A DNA stretch of 53,556 nucleotides from Patescibacteria group bacterium (GCA_030017555.1 JASEIC010000003.1:1-53556); one strand, 5' to 3'; numbered from the stretch's first letter, positions 18,827-29,006 are shown. Numbers and translations are program-made. Notes: generated by a model not told the origin, from the sequence alone.

Positions 18827-19594
18827 ATGGAAGAAATAAAAACAAATTCGGATAATAATCTTGAAGTAAAGCCCAAGCGGGATTATGTTTTGCCGGCAAG
18901 CATTTTAATTGCCGCTCTTCTTGTTTCTATATCGCTTGTTTATAGCGCAGGTAAAAAGGCCGATGATAGCGAAAGCGCTAATTTAGTTCAAAAAATCGAT
19001 AGAGGCATAAATAACGAAGATCGAAATCTAATGCCCGCGCCAGCCGACATTAAACCAGTAACTTCAGCTGATCATATTTTAGGCAATTTGAATGCGTCAG
19101 TTAAAATTGTTACGTTTTCTGATTTTGAGTGCCCTTTTTGTAAAACATTTCACTTAACAATGAAGCAAATTTTACCGCTTTATGGTGATAAGATAGCTTG
19201 GGTTTTTAGACAACTTCCATTAGATATCCTTCATCAAAAAGCAAAAAAAGTGGCTTTGGCAACAGAATGCGTATCGGCGTTGGGCGGCAATGATAAGTTT
19301 TGGAAATATGTTGATAAGATCTTTGAAATTACTCCTTCTAATGATGGTTTAGATCTAAATGAATTACCAAAAATTGCTGAACAAGTTGGCGTTGACCGAG
19401 CTAAATTTCAATCGTGTTTGGATAGCAATAAATATATAGATAAAATAGAAGCGAGTCAGAAAGAAGCCGAAAATGTCGGTATTCGCGGAACGCCTTTTTC
19501 TTTAGTAATTGCGAAAGACGGCAAGAAATACGCGATTAATGGCGCTTTGCCGTTTTCAGATATTAAGTTAATTATTGACGAAGCTTTGAAATAA
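18827..19594 (+). CDS. Membrane-anchored DsbA-family thiol-disulfide oxidoreductase
   Basis: FSDFECPFC, GIRGTP, INGALP; N-terminal TM. Confidence 0.9.
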   Translation: MEEIKTNSDNNLEVKPKRDYVLPASILIAALLVSISLVYSAGKKADDSESANLVQKIDRGINNEDRNLMPAPADIKPVTSADHILGNLNASVKIVTFSDFECPFCKTFHLTMKQILPLYGDKIAWVFRQLPLDILHQKAKKVALATECVSALGGNDKFWKYVDKIFEITPSNDGLDLNELPKIAEQVGVDRAKFQSCLDSNKYIDKIEASQKEAENVGIRGTPFSLVIAKDGKKYAINGALPFSDIKLIIDEALK

Positions 19595-19635
19595 ATTGGC
19601 TTTTAGTAGTTATTTTTACTTTTTTGTGAAATAAT

Positions 19636-19800
19636 ATGAAACGGCAACATTGGATTATTGTTGTGCTTAGCATTTGGCTTCTTGTTTCGCCTTGGATTTT
19701 GGGTTTTTCAGCTTTAAATTTAGTGGTTTGGAATAATGTCGCGATCTCTTTTCTTATAATTATTTTGATTTTTTGGGATTTTTCTCCGCCTCTATCATAA
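19636..19800 (+). CDS. Small SPW-repeat membrane protein (54 aa; not in ORF track)
   Basis: MKRQHWIIVVLSIWLLVSPWILGFSALNLVVWNNVAIS...; W..SPW..G...WNN signature; 2 nt before glutaredoxin ATG. Confidence 0.75.
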   Translation: MKRQHWIIVVLSIWLLVSPWILGFSALNLVVWNNVAISFLIIILIFWDFSPPLS

Positions 19801-19802
19801 AA

Positions 19803-20054
19803 ATGATTATTAAAGTAAAAATTTACACGATTCCAACTTGCGTTTATTGTAAAATGGCGAAAGATTTTTTTGCCAAAAATGAGATTGAGTATGAAGAGTA
19901 TGATGTGTCAAAAGACAAAAAAGCTTTAGCAGAAATGGTTGAAAAGTCTCATCAAATGAGCGTGCCGGTTATTGATATAGAAAATGAAATTTTTGTTGGT
20001 TTTAACAGATCAGACATTGAAAAGGTTCTAAGAATTTTAAAACAAAAGAAATAA
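19803..20054 (+). CDS. Glutaredoxin/NrdH-like protein
   Basis: VKIYTIPTCVYC, SVPVI, VGFN; ATG at 19803. Confidence 0.88.
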   Translation: MIIKVKIYTIPTCVYCKMAKDFFAKNEIEYEEYDVSKDKKALAEMVEKSHQMSVPVIDIENEIFVGFNRSDIEKVLRILKQKK

Positions 20055-20061
20055 TTTAAGT

Positions 20062-20979
20062 ATGTATGATTTAGCTATTATCGGCGGCGGTCCGGCTGGT
20101 GTGGCGGCTGGAATTTACGCATCTAGAAAACAAATAAAAACCGTGATTATTACAGATATTTTTGGCGGTCAATCGCTTGTTTCTGCGAGTATAGAAAATT
20201 GGGTTGGGGACAAGTCGATTTCTGGATTTAATTTAGCCAAGAAACTTGAGGATCACTTAAAAGTACAGCAAGGCATTGATATAGTTGATGGCGACTTTGT
20301 TTTAAAAATAACAAAAAACAAAGATTTATTTGTAATCTTGACTAAGAATAATAAAAAAATCGAAGCAAAAACTTTGATTGTTGCTTCAGGTAGTCGACGC
20401 AGAAAATTGAATGTCCCCGGCGAACAAAAATTTGAAGGGCGAGGCGTAGCTTATTGTTCTACTTGTGATGCGCCGCTTTTTAAAAATAAATCTGTTGCGG
20501 TCGTGGGTACTGGTAATGCTGGTCTTGAGGCCACACAAGATCTTTTGTCTTACGCAAAACAAATTTATCTTTTCGGTCGGGCGAGTGATATCAGAGGCGA
20601 TGCTTCAACTCAAGCGAAAATAATAAAAAGCGAAAAAATTAAAATAATATTAAATGTTCAAGTGAAAGAAATTTTAGGAGATAAGGTTGTAACCGGACTG
20701 CGTTACATTGATTTAAATAAAAATAAAGAAGACATATTAGAAATCGAAGGCATTTTTGTTGAAATCGGTTCAATCCCCAACAGCGAACTTGTTAAAGATC
20801 TCGTGTTAATTAATAAATTTGGTGAAATTGTTGTTGATCATAAAACCCAACAAACTTCGATGCGAGGCATTTGGGCGGCGGGGGATGTTACCAACGGTCT
20901 TTATAAACAGAATAATATTTCCGTTGGTGACGCGATCAAAGCCGTTTTAAATATTCAAAGCCATTTAAATAGTTTGTAA
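20062..20979 (+). CDS. trxB: Thioredoxin reductase-like flavoprotein
   Basis: GGGPAG, GRGVAYCSTCDAP, GIWAAGD. Confidence 0.88.
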   Translation: MYDLAIIGGGPAGVAAGIYASRKQIKTVIITDIFGGQSLVSASIENWVGDKSISGFNLAKKLEDHLKVQQGIDIVDGDFVLKITKNKDLFVILTKNNKKIEAKTLIVASGSRRRKLNVPGEQKFEGRGVAYCSTCDAPLFKNKSVAVVGTGNAGLEATQDLLSYAKQIYLFGRASDIRGDASTQAKIIKSEKIKIILNVQVKEILGDKVVTGLRYIDLNKNKEDILEIEGIFVEIGSIPNSELVKDLVLINKFGEIVVDHKTQQTSMRGIWAAGDVTNGLYKQNNISVGDAIKAVLNIQSHLNSL

Positions 20980-21048
20980 AAGTTTGCATAAATTACTTAT
21001 CCACATAGTAAGTTTTTAAAGTGTGCTATAATTGTTAAAATAAATAAT

Positions 21049-21462
21049 ATGAGTGTTTTAAATAAAAAGATCCTTCTTATTATTGTAATTGTTCTTTTAG
21101 TTGCGCTTATCGCTTTATTTGTTTGGCGGTGGGGGTTTGTTAAGTCACCGCCCAATTATTACGCTCTATATTTAAAAACTGGCGAGCTTTATTTTGGCCG
21201 ATTAGTTCATTTTCCTCGTTTTGGCCTGAAGCAAGTTTATATGATGCAAATTAATAACGATAATGCTCAAACGCCTTTCAGCATCCAGAAATTCGCTAAA
21301 ATCTTTTGGGGGCCGGAGGATTATTTAAGGATAAATCGCGATGAAGTTGTTTGGATGACCCGTCTTTCTGAAAATAGTGAATTAGCAAAGGTTATTGCCG
21401 CAAATCCAGATTTAATGCCGCAAAATCCTCAAGTAATTTCACCAATCAAAGAAAGCAATTAA
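21049..21462 (+). CDS. Membrane-anchored hypothetical protein
   Basis: N-terminal TM, YALYL.TG..YFG segment; clean ORF with extended -10 upstream. Confidence 0.6.
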   Translation: MSVLNKKILLIIVIVLLVALIALFVWRWGFVKSPPNYYALYLKTGELYFGRLVHFPRFGLKQVYMMQINNDNAQTPFSIQKFAKIFWGPEDYLRINRDEVVWMTRLSENSELAKVIAANPDLMPQNPQVISPIKESN

Positions 21463-21571
21463 TTGCCCGGTAATCAAAACAAATAATCAGTAAAAAATAC
21501 GGATTAATTCGTTATTTTATTCCCGGTACTATTAAAACGTACTGGGTTTTGTTATTATAGTGTTAAGATAT

Positions 21572-22006
21572 ATGTCAGGGTTGTTTAAAAGCGGTCAAGC
21601 TACTTTAGCTTTTGTGCTTCTTGTTGGTGGCATTGTTATTGAAATTGCAATCGCTGGTGCTTTTGTTACTTATTTCCTAAGCACCTCTGGATTAGGAGAG
21701 CGTCTGTCGGCTCGTGCTCTTACAACAGCTCATGCTGGCGTAAGGGATGTACAGATTAAAATTACTCGAAATAAAGAATGGTGTTCGTCAGTTGGTTGTC
21801 CGTACGTTTATCCTATAGCGGTTGGCAACGATTCGGCATCAGTTACGGTTGGTTGGATGTCCGATGATAGTGATAATTACGTGTATACGATTGATTCTGT
21901 TGGGACTGCTTCAACTCGCGCTCGAAGATTAATTGCTACTTTAGTCGTAAATAGAACCACAGGGTTAGTTCAGTTTAGTTCATTAGTTGAAACGCCAATT
22001 CAATGA
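21572..22006 (+). CDS. Minor pilin/PilX-like protein
   Basis: KSG|QATLAFVLL class III-like leader, A...A.AG helix, Y.I.S.G C-terminal strand; next to pilM-like gene. Confidence 0.55.
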   Translation: MSGLFKSGQATLAFVLLVGGIVIEIAIAGAFVTYFLSTSGLGERLSARALTTAHAGVRDVQIKITRNKEWCSSVGCPYVYPIAVGNDSASVTVGWMSDDSDNYVYTIDSVGTASTRARRLIATLVVNRTTGLVQFSSLVETPIQ

Positions 22007-22019
22007 TTAGATTTTACAA

Positions 22020-23516
22020 ATGAAGAACTTTTTAAAAGGAATTACATATTTTTTAGAGCGATTAAACGCTAAACCAAAAGTTGGCGGAATTCAACTCAGT
22101 GATTCGGTATTACAATACGTTTTTGTTGATAAAGAACTCGAAGTTTTTTCTTTACGTTTACCGCCGGGCGTGGTGAAAGAAGGCAAAATAATTGATCTTA
22201 ATCAGTTTCTCAGTTCGTTGCGGCAGTTTCACCAAATGATTGATCCGGAAAAAAACAATCGAACCATACCAGTAATCGTTTCTTTGCCGCCAGCCTTAGT
22301 TTATACTCAAAGTTTTATTGTGCCTAATGTTGGGCCGGACCATCTTGAAGAATCAGCGTTTTTAAATCTTCAAATGATTTCACCAATACCTAAAGAATTG
22401 GCTTATATGAGTTGGGAAATAATTGGCGTAAGCGAAGATCAGTACGAGCTTTTAGGCGCTTTTGTTGAAAAGTCGGTTATTGATCAATTTGGATCTTTTT
22501 TAGAACAGGCAGGATTTTCACCAATAGCTTTTGAATTTCCAGGTCTCGCTCTTACTCGGCTTGCTGGTCATGTTTTAAGCGCAAGCGCTAAACCAGTTTT
22601 AGTTTTTCAGATTTCAAGCGATGGCTTGGAGCTGTTTATTATTCGTAACGGCTCGCTTTATTTTGATTATTTTAGATCTTGGCGTTCGATTCAGGGTGAA
22701 AATAGAGAGATTCCTAAAACACTTTTTGAACAAGTGGTGAATGAAGAAGTTCAAAAAGTTATTAATTTTACTCTTAGTCGATTCCATGAGAATTTATCAG
22801 AGGTTTTGCTTATTATGCCCGGTTTCGAACGAGAAGTTAGTGAATTTTTAGAGAAACGTTTTAGTTTACAAGTCAGGCCGCTTGAGCTTAAATCATGGTC
22901 TCTTAATTCGAGCTGGTACGCGCCTTTAGGATCAGCTTTGCGCGGAGCAATTGATCGAAAAGAGGACAAGTTTATTAGTTTATCAAATTTAAGTCCAATT
23001 GAAATATTTTATCGAGAACATCTTCTTGATTTTATTTGGTTTTGGAAAAATATTGTGATTGGAGTAATGGTTTTATTTTTAATATTTTTTGGAGGATCAG
23101 CTTATTTTTTAGTCAGTAATGCAAACGAACTTACTCAAAAACTTGAAGGTTTTAAAGTTCAGCCGTACCAACAAGAATTTTCAATTTTAAGTGATAAGGC
23201 AATTGAATTTAACCGATTGGTAAAAATGGTAACTGATGTTAAATTTTCTGCGCCACCTTGGTATTTTTTAGTTAATCAGTTAGAACTTTTAGCTTCACAA
23301 CATGAAGTAGTTGTTGTTCGTCTAGAAGTTAATTCTGCGAGCGAACCAATCTCTTTGCTTGCTCATTCTCTGCCGTCAAAACTTAAGACATTTACCAACG
23401 CCTTATATAAGGAAGATGGATTTTCTGAAATAAATTTACCAGCAACAGCTATAACTTCATTAAGTAATGGTTTGTTTAGTTTCAGGGTTGATTTTAAATA
23501 TAAAGCGCCCAAGTAA
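22020..23516 (+). CDS. PilM-like domain fused to a TM plus PilN-like domain
   Basis: GGIQLSD, LPPGVV.EG.I, AGF.P.AFE..ALTR, LGSALRG, then TM and coiled coil. Confidence 0.65.
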   Translation: MKNFLKGITYFLERLNAKPKVGGIQLSDSVLQYVFVDKELEVFSLRLPPGVVKEGKIIDLNQFLSSLRQFHQMIDPEKNNRTIPVIVSLPPALVYTQSFIVPNVGPDHLEESAFLNLQMISPIPKELAYMSWEIIGVSEDQYELLGAFVEKSVIDQFGSFLEQAGFSPIAFEFPGLALTRLAGHVLSASAKPVLVFQISSDGLELFIIRNGSLYFDYFRSWRSIQGENREIPKTLFEQVVNEEVQKVINFTLSRFHENLSEVLLIMPGFEREVSEFLEKRFSLQVRPLELKSWSLNSSWYAPLGSALRGAIDRKEDKFISLSNLSPIEIFYREHLLDFIWFWKNIVIGVMVLFLIFFGGSAYFLVSNANELTQKLEGFKVQPYQQEFSILSDKAIEFNRLVKMVTDVKFSAPPWYFLVNQLELLASQHEVVVVRLEVNSASEPISLLAHSLPSKLKTFTNALYKEDGFSEINLPATAITSLSNGLFSFRVDFKYKAPK

Positions 23517-23529
23517 GGCTAATTTGTAA

Positions 23530-24075
23530 TTAACTCATTTCATTAAGATTTCGATTTATTTCTTCGAAGACATCTATTAATTTTTCTAATTCACCTTTTT
23601 TAATTTTTTTAAGAATAAATTCTTCAGCTTTTTGTCGTTTGATTTCGCTTTTTTCTCGAACGCCTATTCTAATACGCCAGAAGAGCCTTGAGCCAATCGA
23701 ATTAATTATAGATTCAATGCCTTTGTGGCCCGCCGGACCCCTATCGAATTCTATTTTATAATTTCCTAATTTAATATCAGAGTCATCGTGAACTATTACT
23801 GTGTTTTCCGGTTTAATATTAAAATATTTCAAAATTTCTTTTATTGCTCGACCGGATTCATTCATGAATATTTCCGGTTTCGAAATTACCAGGCCATCCG
23901 TGGTTTTTATAAAAGAAAAATTTTTTATCGACTTGAAATTTAATTTTTGATTGATGAATTGTTTTAACAAATAATCTAAAAAAATCATTCCGATATTATG
24001 GTAGGTATTTTCATATTCTTTGCCAGGATTACCGAGTCCAATAATCAATTTTATGATCGGTTTTTGTTGCGGCAT
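23530..24075 (-). CDS. pth: Peptidyl-tRNA hydrolase
   Basis: LIIGLGNPG.EY..T.HN.G, FMNESG, HDD, GHKG, RIRIG. Confidence 0.95.
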   Translation of the reverse strand: MPQQKPIIKLIIGLGNPGKEYENTYHNIGMIFLDYLLKQFINQKLNFKSIKNFSFIKTTDGLVISKPEIFMNESGRAIKEILKYFNIKPENTVIVHDDSDIKLGNYKIEFDRGPAGHKGIESIINSIGSRLFWRIRIGVREKSEIKRQKAEEFILKKIKKGELEKLIDVFEEINRNLNEMS

Positions 24076-24165
24076 AATACTTTTGATTGGGGTTGAATTT
24101 AACTATTTTATTGTATACAATTATCGCATACTTTTTGAGTATTAACTAATACATATAATAAATTT

Positions 24166-24705
24166 ATGCGTAAATTTTTATGGTCTTTTTTTGAAATTGT
24201 CGAAACAGTGACAATTGCTATTATTGCTGTTTTTCTTGTGAGAACTTTTGTTGCTCAACCATTTTTGGTTAGCGGTTCTAGCATGGAACCAACCTTTGAT
24301 AATGGTAATTATCTTTTAGTTGATGAGTTGGTTTATCGTTTTCGAGAACCACAACGTGGCGAAGTGATGGTTTTTAAATATCCTGGAGATCATCGTTCTT
24401 ATTACATAAAACGAGTAATTGGTTTGCCGGGCGAACGACTCGTTATTGATCGTGGCACGGTTACGGTTTTTAGGAATGGAGAGGAAAAAATTTTACAAGA
24501 GCCGTATCTGGGTTCTGTTAAAACAACGGAGTATGTTGAGATGGAATTAGGAAGCGGTCAATATTTTGTCATGGGTGATAATCGTAATTTTAGTTTTGAT
24601 TCGCGAATTTGGGGACCAATAAATCATTCTGATATTATGGGATTAGTTCGTTTGCGTTTATGGCCGATTAATGAAGCTCAAGCTTTTAGCGCGCCGGTTT
24701 ATTAG
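24166..24705 (+). CDS. lepB: Signal peptidase I
   Basis: GSSMEPT, YIKRVIGLPGE, GDNR..S.DSR.WG. Confidence 0.95.
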   Translation: MRKFLWSFFEIVETVTIAIIAVFLVRTFVAQPFLVSGSSMEPTFDNGNYLLVDELVYRFREPQRGEVMVFKYPGDHRSYYIKRVIGLPGERLVIDRGTVTVFRNGEEKILQEPYLGSVKTTEYVEMELGSGQYFVMGDNRNFSFDSRIWGPINHSDIMGLVRLRLWPINEAQAFSAPVY

Positions 24706-24711
24706 AAATTT

Positions 24712-26022
24712 ATGCCAAAAACAAAAAAAAATAAAAAGACAATCTTAACCAAATCAAATAAATTTGATTTGTTAAAAAGCGTGAAAGGAATGCCCGATAT
24801 TCTTCCGAAAGATGGAGCATGGTGGAAATCGATTATTCAGACTGGGCAATCAGTTAGCGAATTACACGACTTCCATTTTATTGAAACGCCGATTCTTGAA
24901 CCGGCTACTCTTTTTGAACTAGCGGTTGGCGCTTCTACCGATATTATTGAAAAAGAAATGTACGTTTTTAAAACAAAGGGTGGCGATCGAGTGGCTTTAA
25001 GACCGGAAGGCACAGCGCCGGTTGTGAGAAGTTACATTGAACACCATTTAGGTTATTTCGCTTCCCCATTAAAAGTTTATTATTACGGACCTATGTTTCG
25101 ATATGGTCGGCCGCAAGCTGGTCGAGAAAGACAATTTCACCAATTTGGCTTTGAGATTTTAAGCGATAACGATCCGGTTTATGACGGTGAAATTATTTTG
25201 GTTGCGCTTGAATTTTTGAAATCGCTCAAGTTTAAAAATTTATCACTAAAAATAAATACGATTGGATGTAAGATTTGTCGTTCTAACTATCGAGAAAAGT
25301 TAAGAAAATACTATCAAGACATTAAATCGAAACTTTGTTGCGATTGCGAACGGCGATTAGAAAAAAACCCCTTCAGACTTTTAGATTGTAAAAACGAAAA
25401 TTGTATGCCTTTAAGGAATAATGCGCCGATTATTCTTGACTATCTTTGTCAGAATTGCAATAATCACTTTAAAACCGTTCTTGAATTAATAGAGGATAAT
25501 AACATTTCTTATGAACCGGATCCTTATTTAGTTCGCGGTTTAGATTATTATAATCGAACGGTTTTTGAAATTTACAGTCTGGATTTCAAATGGGCATTAG
25601 CCGGCGGCGGTCGTTATGATTATCTTTCGGAAATGTTAGGCGGGAGGTGTATTCCCGGCGTTGGCGTCGCAATCGGTATAGAGAGATTGATTGAGACGAT
25701 GAAGCTTCAGCAAATGACCCCTCATTTAAAATTAAAGCCCCGCCTTCTTTTTGCGGCGGTAGGCGATCAGGCAAAAAAAGCTAGTTTGCGTTTAATGAAT
25801 GAATTACGTTCAAACGGCATAGTTGTAATTGAGGCGTTAGGCAAGAAATCGTTGCGCGCGCAGATGAAAATTGCCGATAAATTTAAAGTGCCTTTAGTGT
25901 TGATATTTGGTCAGAAAGAGTTTTTTGAAAAAACAATAATCGTAAGAGATATGAAAACTGGCGCTCAAGAAAGTATAATTTTAAGTAAATTAGTCGAGGA
26001 AGTTAAAAAAAGAATAAAATAG
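24712..26022 (+). CDS. hisS: Histidyl-tRNA synthetase
   Basis: LRPEGTA, RPQAGRERQFHQ, LVRGLDYY, GGGRYD, GIERL. Confidence 0.97.
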   Translation: MPKTKKNKKTILTKSNKFDLLKSVKGMPDILPKDGAWWKSIIQTGQSVSELHDFHFIETPILEPATLFELAVGASTDIIEKEMYVFKTKGGDRVALRPEGTAPVVRSYIEHHLGYFASPLKVYYYGPMFRYGRPQAGRERQFHQFGFEILSDNDPVYDGEIILVALEFLKSLKFKNLSLKINTIGCKICRSNYREKLRKYYQDIKSKLCCDCERRLEKNPFRLLDCKNENCMPLRNNAPIILDYLCQNCNNHFKTVLELIEDNNISYEPDPYLVRGLDYYNRTVFEIYSLDFKWALAGGGRYDYLSEMLGGRCIPGVGVAIGIERLIETMKLQQMTPHLKLKPRLLFAAVGDQAKKASLRLMNELRSNGIVVIEALGKKSLRAQMKIADKFKVPLVLIFGQKEFFEKTIIVRDMKTGAQESIILSKLVEEVKKRIK

Positions 26023-26024
26023 CT

Positions 26025-26441
26025 ATGGATTGTTTATTTTGTCGAATTATTCAAAAAAAAATTACCGCCCAAGTTATTTATGAAAATGATACCGTCTTGG
26101 CGATTTTAGATATTCATCCCAAAGCGCCGGGGCATACAATAATTTTGCCAAGAATTCATACCGAAACAATTCTCGGCTATCCCGTAAGTAAAGGAAGCGA
26201 TCTTTTTGAATCAGTGAAAAAAGTGACGACTATACTCAATAAAGTTTTAAAACCGGACGGTTTTACAATTGGTATTAATCATGGAAAATCAGCTGGTCAG
26301 GCAATCGGGCATTTGCATATTCACATTATTCCTCGTTGGAGTAATGATGGCGGCAGTTCGATTCATGGAGTTGTAGATAATAGGTCGAACTCCAATCCAG
26401 AAGAAATAAAAGAATTAATTTCCCAGAGTTATAAAAAATAA
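26025..26441 (+). CDS. HIT family hydrolase
   Basis: CLFC, AGQ.I.HLHIHIIPR. Confidence 0.92.
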   Translation: MDCLFCRIIQKKITAQVIYENDTVLAILDIHPKAPGHTIILPRIHTETILGYPVSKGSDLFESVKKVTTILNKVLKPDGFTIGINHGKSAGQAIGHLHIHIIPRWSNDGGSSIHGVVDNRSNSNPEEIKELISQSYKK

Positions 26442-26444
26442 AAA

Positions 26445-26660
26445 ATGGCTATTGAAATAAAAAAGAAAGAGGGTGAGAATTTGAATTCATTTCTTTACCG
26501 CTTCAATAAAAAAATTCAACATAGCGGTTTAGTAAAAGAAGTAAAACGACGCCAGTTTAAAAAGCGCGTCGTCAATAAAACCAAGAGACGATTAGCCGCT
26601 CTTTATCGTTTGCAGAAAAAAGAAGAATTTGTCGCCAACAAAAAATACGGTTATCATTAG
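26445..26660 (+). CDS. rpsU: 30S ribosomal protein bS21
   Basis: IKKKEGE....L.RF.KK....G...E; context HIT-rpsU-yqeY. Confidence 0.75.
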   Translation: MAIEIKKKEGENLNSFLYRFNKKIQHSGLVKEVKRRQFKKRVVNKTKRRLAALYRLQKKEEFVANKKYGYH

Positions 26661-26665
26661 ATTTA

Positions 26666-27127
26666 GTGGATTCAGAACTTAAGAAAAAAATTACAAAGGA
26701 TCTCGAACAGTCTTTTAAAAGCCGTCATACTTCCAGGGTTGAAACATTAAGAATGCTTATGGCTGCGGTTCATAATAAAGAGATTGAAAAAAAAGGAAAA
26801 TTAAACAATTCGGATTTAAGCGAAGAAGAGGTTTTGGAAGTTATTGCTAAGGAAGCAAAAAAAAGAAAAGAAGCAATTGAACTTTATATTAAAGGAAATC
26901 GGAAGGATTTAGCTGAAAAAGAAAAAGGAGAATTAAAAATACTTGAAGAATATTTACCGGTTCAAATAGGTGAAGCAGAAGTAAGAAAAGTAGTTAAAGA
27001 AGTTTTGAATGGTTTGGGCGCGGTTCAGGATTTTGGCAAGGCAATGGGTGAGGTAATGAAGAAATTAAAAGGCAAAGCTGACGCAAAATTAATAAGCGAT
27101 GTGTTGAAAAAAGAACTTGGTCAATAG
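26666..27127 (+). CDS. GatB/YqeY domain protein
   Basis: LRML, KKRKEAIE.Y..GNR.DLAEKE..E...L..YLP, G.AD. Confidence 0.9.
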   Translation: MDSELKKKITKDLEQSFKSRHTSRVETLRMLMAAVHNKEIEKKGKLNNSDLSEEEVLEVIAKEAKKRKEAIELYIKGNRKDLAEKEKGELKILEEYLPVQIGEAEVRKVVKEVLNGLGAVQDFGKAMGEVMKKLKGKADAKLISDVLKKELGQ

Positions 27128-27143
27128 TGATATAATAAATTTA

Positions 27144-28565
27144 ATGAATTGTAAAATCACTTTTGTTGACAAACGGGGGTTTGCTACAATACCAGCAATT
27201 TTAATTGTTTTAGCTCTTATTACGGTCATCGGTGGATATTTTGCGATTTTCAGAAAACCAGCCCTGTCGCCACTAATAACCCAAAAACCGCCGCAATTAG
27301 TGGAATATAAGGCGCCGATAAAAACGGTGATATCTCCGGAAGGGACAAAATTAACCATATTTAGTCAATCTTCAGTAATTGGCGAAATATCTTTAGATAA
27401 TTTACCCGATTTAAATATTAGCGTTAATCCAACTGCCAAAATTATTAATGCCTGGATAGTTCCGTACACAATGTCTGTCAATATGATTCTAAACAGCGAG
27501 ATTTTATTTTTTGTCACTGCAAAAAATACTGTTCCTTCTTTTTGGTTGGTAGGGTTAGATGGAGAGAATGCCCGAAAAATTTTGAGAGTTAGTTTAATAA
27601 GTGGAGACATTTCGGTAGTTGGCGGCGCGCCAATATTTTCTCCAGATGGCAGTAAGTTTGTTATTTTGTTAAAATCACCCAGCTTTTACAAAAACAGAGC
27701 AGTGATTTGTAAAGACATTCAAGATATATTTGGTGGCGACAGCATTAGTGACGATTTCGTAGATATAATTGGCTATGATTTGATGCTAAGAAGTTCTGTT
27801 TTTAATAATCTTCCCTTCCCCGGTAGTAAGGACCCGACCTTTTTGGGGATAAGAGTCATAAATGCAAAATGGATAGATAATAATTCTTTAGAATTTACAA
27901 ACAGCCCACTACAATATCCTTATGTGGATACGCGAGCATTAGGTTGGTCGTCGTCTATATGTCCCGATAAATTGCCCGTCGAAACATATCATTTATCCCC
28001 CGTCTTTAAAAACGCATCTGATCGTCCATACTTTCATTCTAATTTTCCTAAGTCGTTGTCCAATCAAGATTGGCAAACTTATCGTGATGAGCAACAAGGG
28101 TTTCTGGTGCAATATCCGTCGGCATGGAAGAAAATTGCGAATTCTTTGACTTCTGGCGAGATAATACGGTTTAATAGTGAGCACTATACTGATAAAAGGG
28201 GTGATTATTGGGCCATGCTTAAAATATATTTATTAAATGACAAAAAAATCAAGACTGTTATTGAGGAACGGCTTGCAAGCGCAAAGCAAGGCTTCATAAA
28301 AATTGATTCAAGCAAGAATATAAATTTAAATAGTTATCAAGGCATTGAATTTATTTATACCAATTATAATATTTCTCCAGCAGGATCGCAAAGTATTGAA
28401 TATTTTATTCCTAAGGACAAGAAACTATATCAAATTCAATTTACTTTGTCTTATGTTTTTTCGCCGCCAAGAGAGAATTGGCTTAATGTATTCGATAAAA
28501 TTCTCTCCACTTTCAAATTTATCCCATCACCAAGTGGTAAGGGACAAGTTGGACCGTATGAATAA
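27144..28565 (+). CDS. Secreted/membrane-anchored hypothetical protein with PsbP-like C-terminal domain
   Basis: KRG|FA leader plus TM; WQTY....GF...YP..W ... FDKILSTFKF. Confidence 0.55.
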   Translation: MNCKITFVDKRGFATIPAILIVLALITVIGGYFAIFRKPALSPLITQKPPQLVEYKAPIKTVISPEGTKLTIFSQSSVIGEISLDNLPDLNISVNPTAKIINAWIVPYTMSVNMILNSEILFFVTAKNTVPSFWLVGLDGENARKILRVSLISGDISVVGGAPIFSPDGSKFVILLKSPSFYKNRAVICKDIQDIFGGDSISDDFVDIIGYDLMLRSSVFNNLPFPGSKDPTFLGIRVINAKWIDNNSLEFTNSPLQYPYVDTRALGWSSSICPDKLPVETYHLSPVFKNASDRPYFHSNFPKSLSNQDWQTYRDEQQGFLVQYPSAWKKIANSLTSGEIIRFNSEHYTDKRGDYWAMLKIYLLNDKKIKTVIEERLASAKQGFIKIDSSKNINLNSYQGIEFIYTNYNISPAGSQSIEYFIPKDKKLYQIQFTLSYVFSPPRENWLNVFDKILSTFKFIPSPSGKGQVGPYE

Positions 28566-28980
28566 AGTAGTGGTGGTTTCGGATTTGAGATTTAGAAAGC
28601 TCGGGCTACATTTGAAAGCTACAATCCAAAAATCCCTTAAGGTTTTAAACAAAAACAATCTTGCTTTTGATGTTTATTTGATAAAAGACGTTGAAATGAA
28701 GCGTCTTAATTTGCGTTTTCGAGGTAAAAATAAAATTACCAGTGTTCTTTCGTTTGTTGCTTCGCCTAAATTTCCACAGCCAGATCTTCGGCCGCCACTT
28801 CGTTATATTGGAGAGATATATTTAGCGCCGGATTATATAGAAAAACAAAAACAGAATATTGAATTACTCGCTATTCATGGACTTTTGCATTTATTGGGAT
28901 ATACACATAGAAAAAAAAATGATAAGCTCAAGATGGAGCATAAAGAATTAGAAATTATATCTAAGTTAAAAAATTTCTAA
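28558..28980 (+). CDS. ybeY: rRNA maturation endoribonuclease YbeY
   Basis: LN..FRGK...T.VLSF, GEIY, HGLLHLLGYTH; ATG at 28558. Confidence 0.9.
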   Translation: MNKVVVVSDLRFRKLGLHLKATIQKSLKVLNKNNLAFDVYLIKDVEMKRLNLRFRGKNKITSVLSFVASPKFPQPDLRPPLRYIGEIYLAPDYIEKQKQNIELLAIHGLLHLLGYTHRKKNDKLKMEHKELEIISKLKNF

Positions 28981-29006
28981 TTTTTATTCAGTTTTTAATT
29001 AGGACT

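Noticed and set aside
20997-21005. DnaA box as a sign of oriC
   Set aside because: Isolated box in a short intergenic region; no cluster and no dnaA/dnaN nearby
25264-25458. Cys-rich (multiple CxxC) insertion in HisRS
   Set aside because: Similar Cys-containing insertion domains are common in bacterial HisRS; not novel
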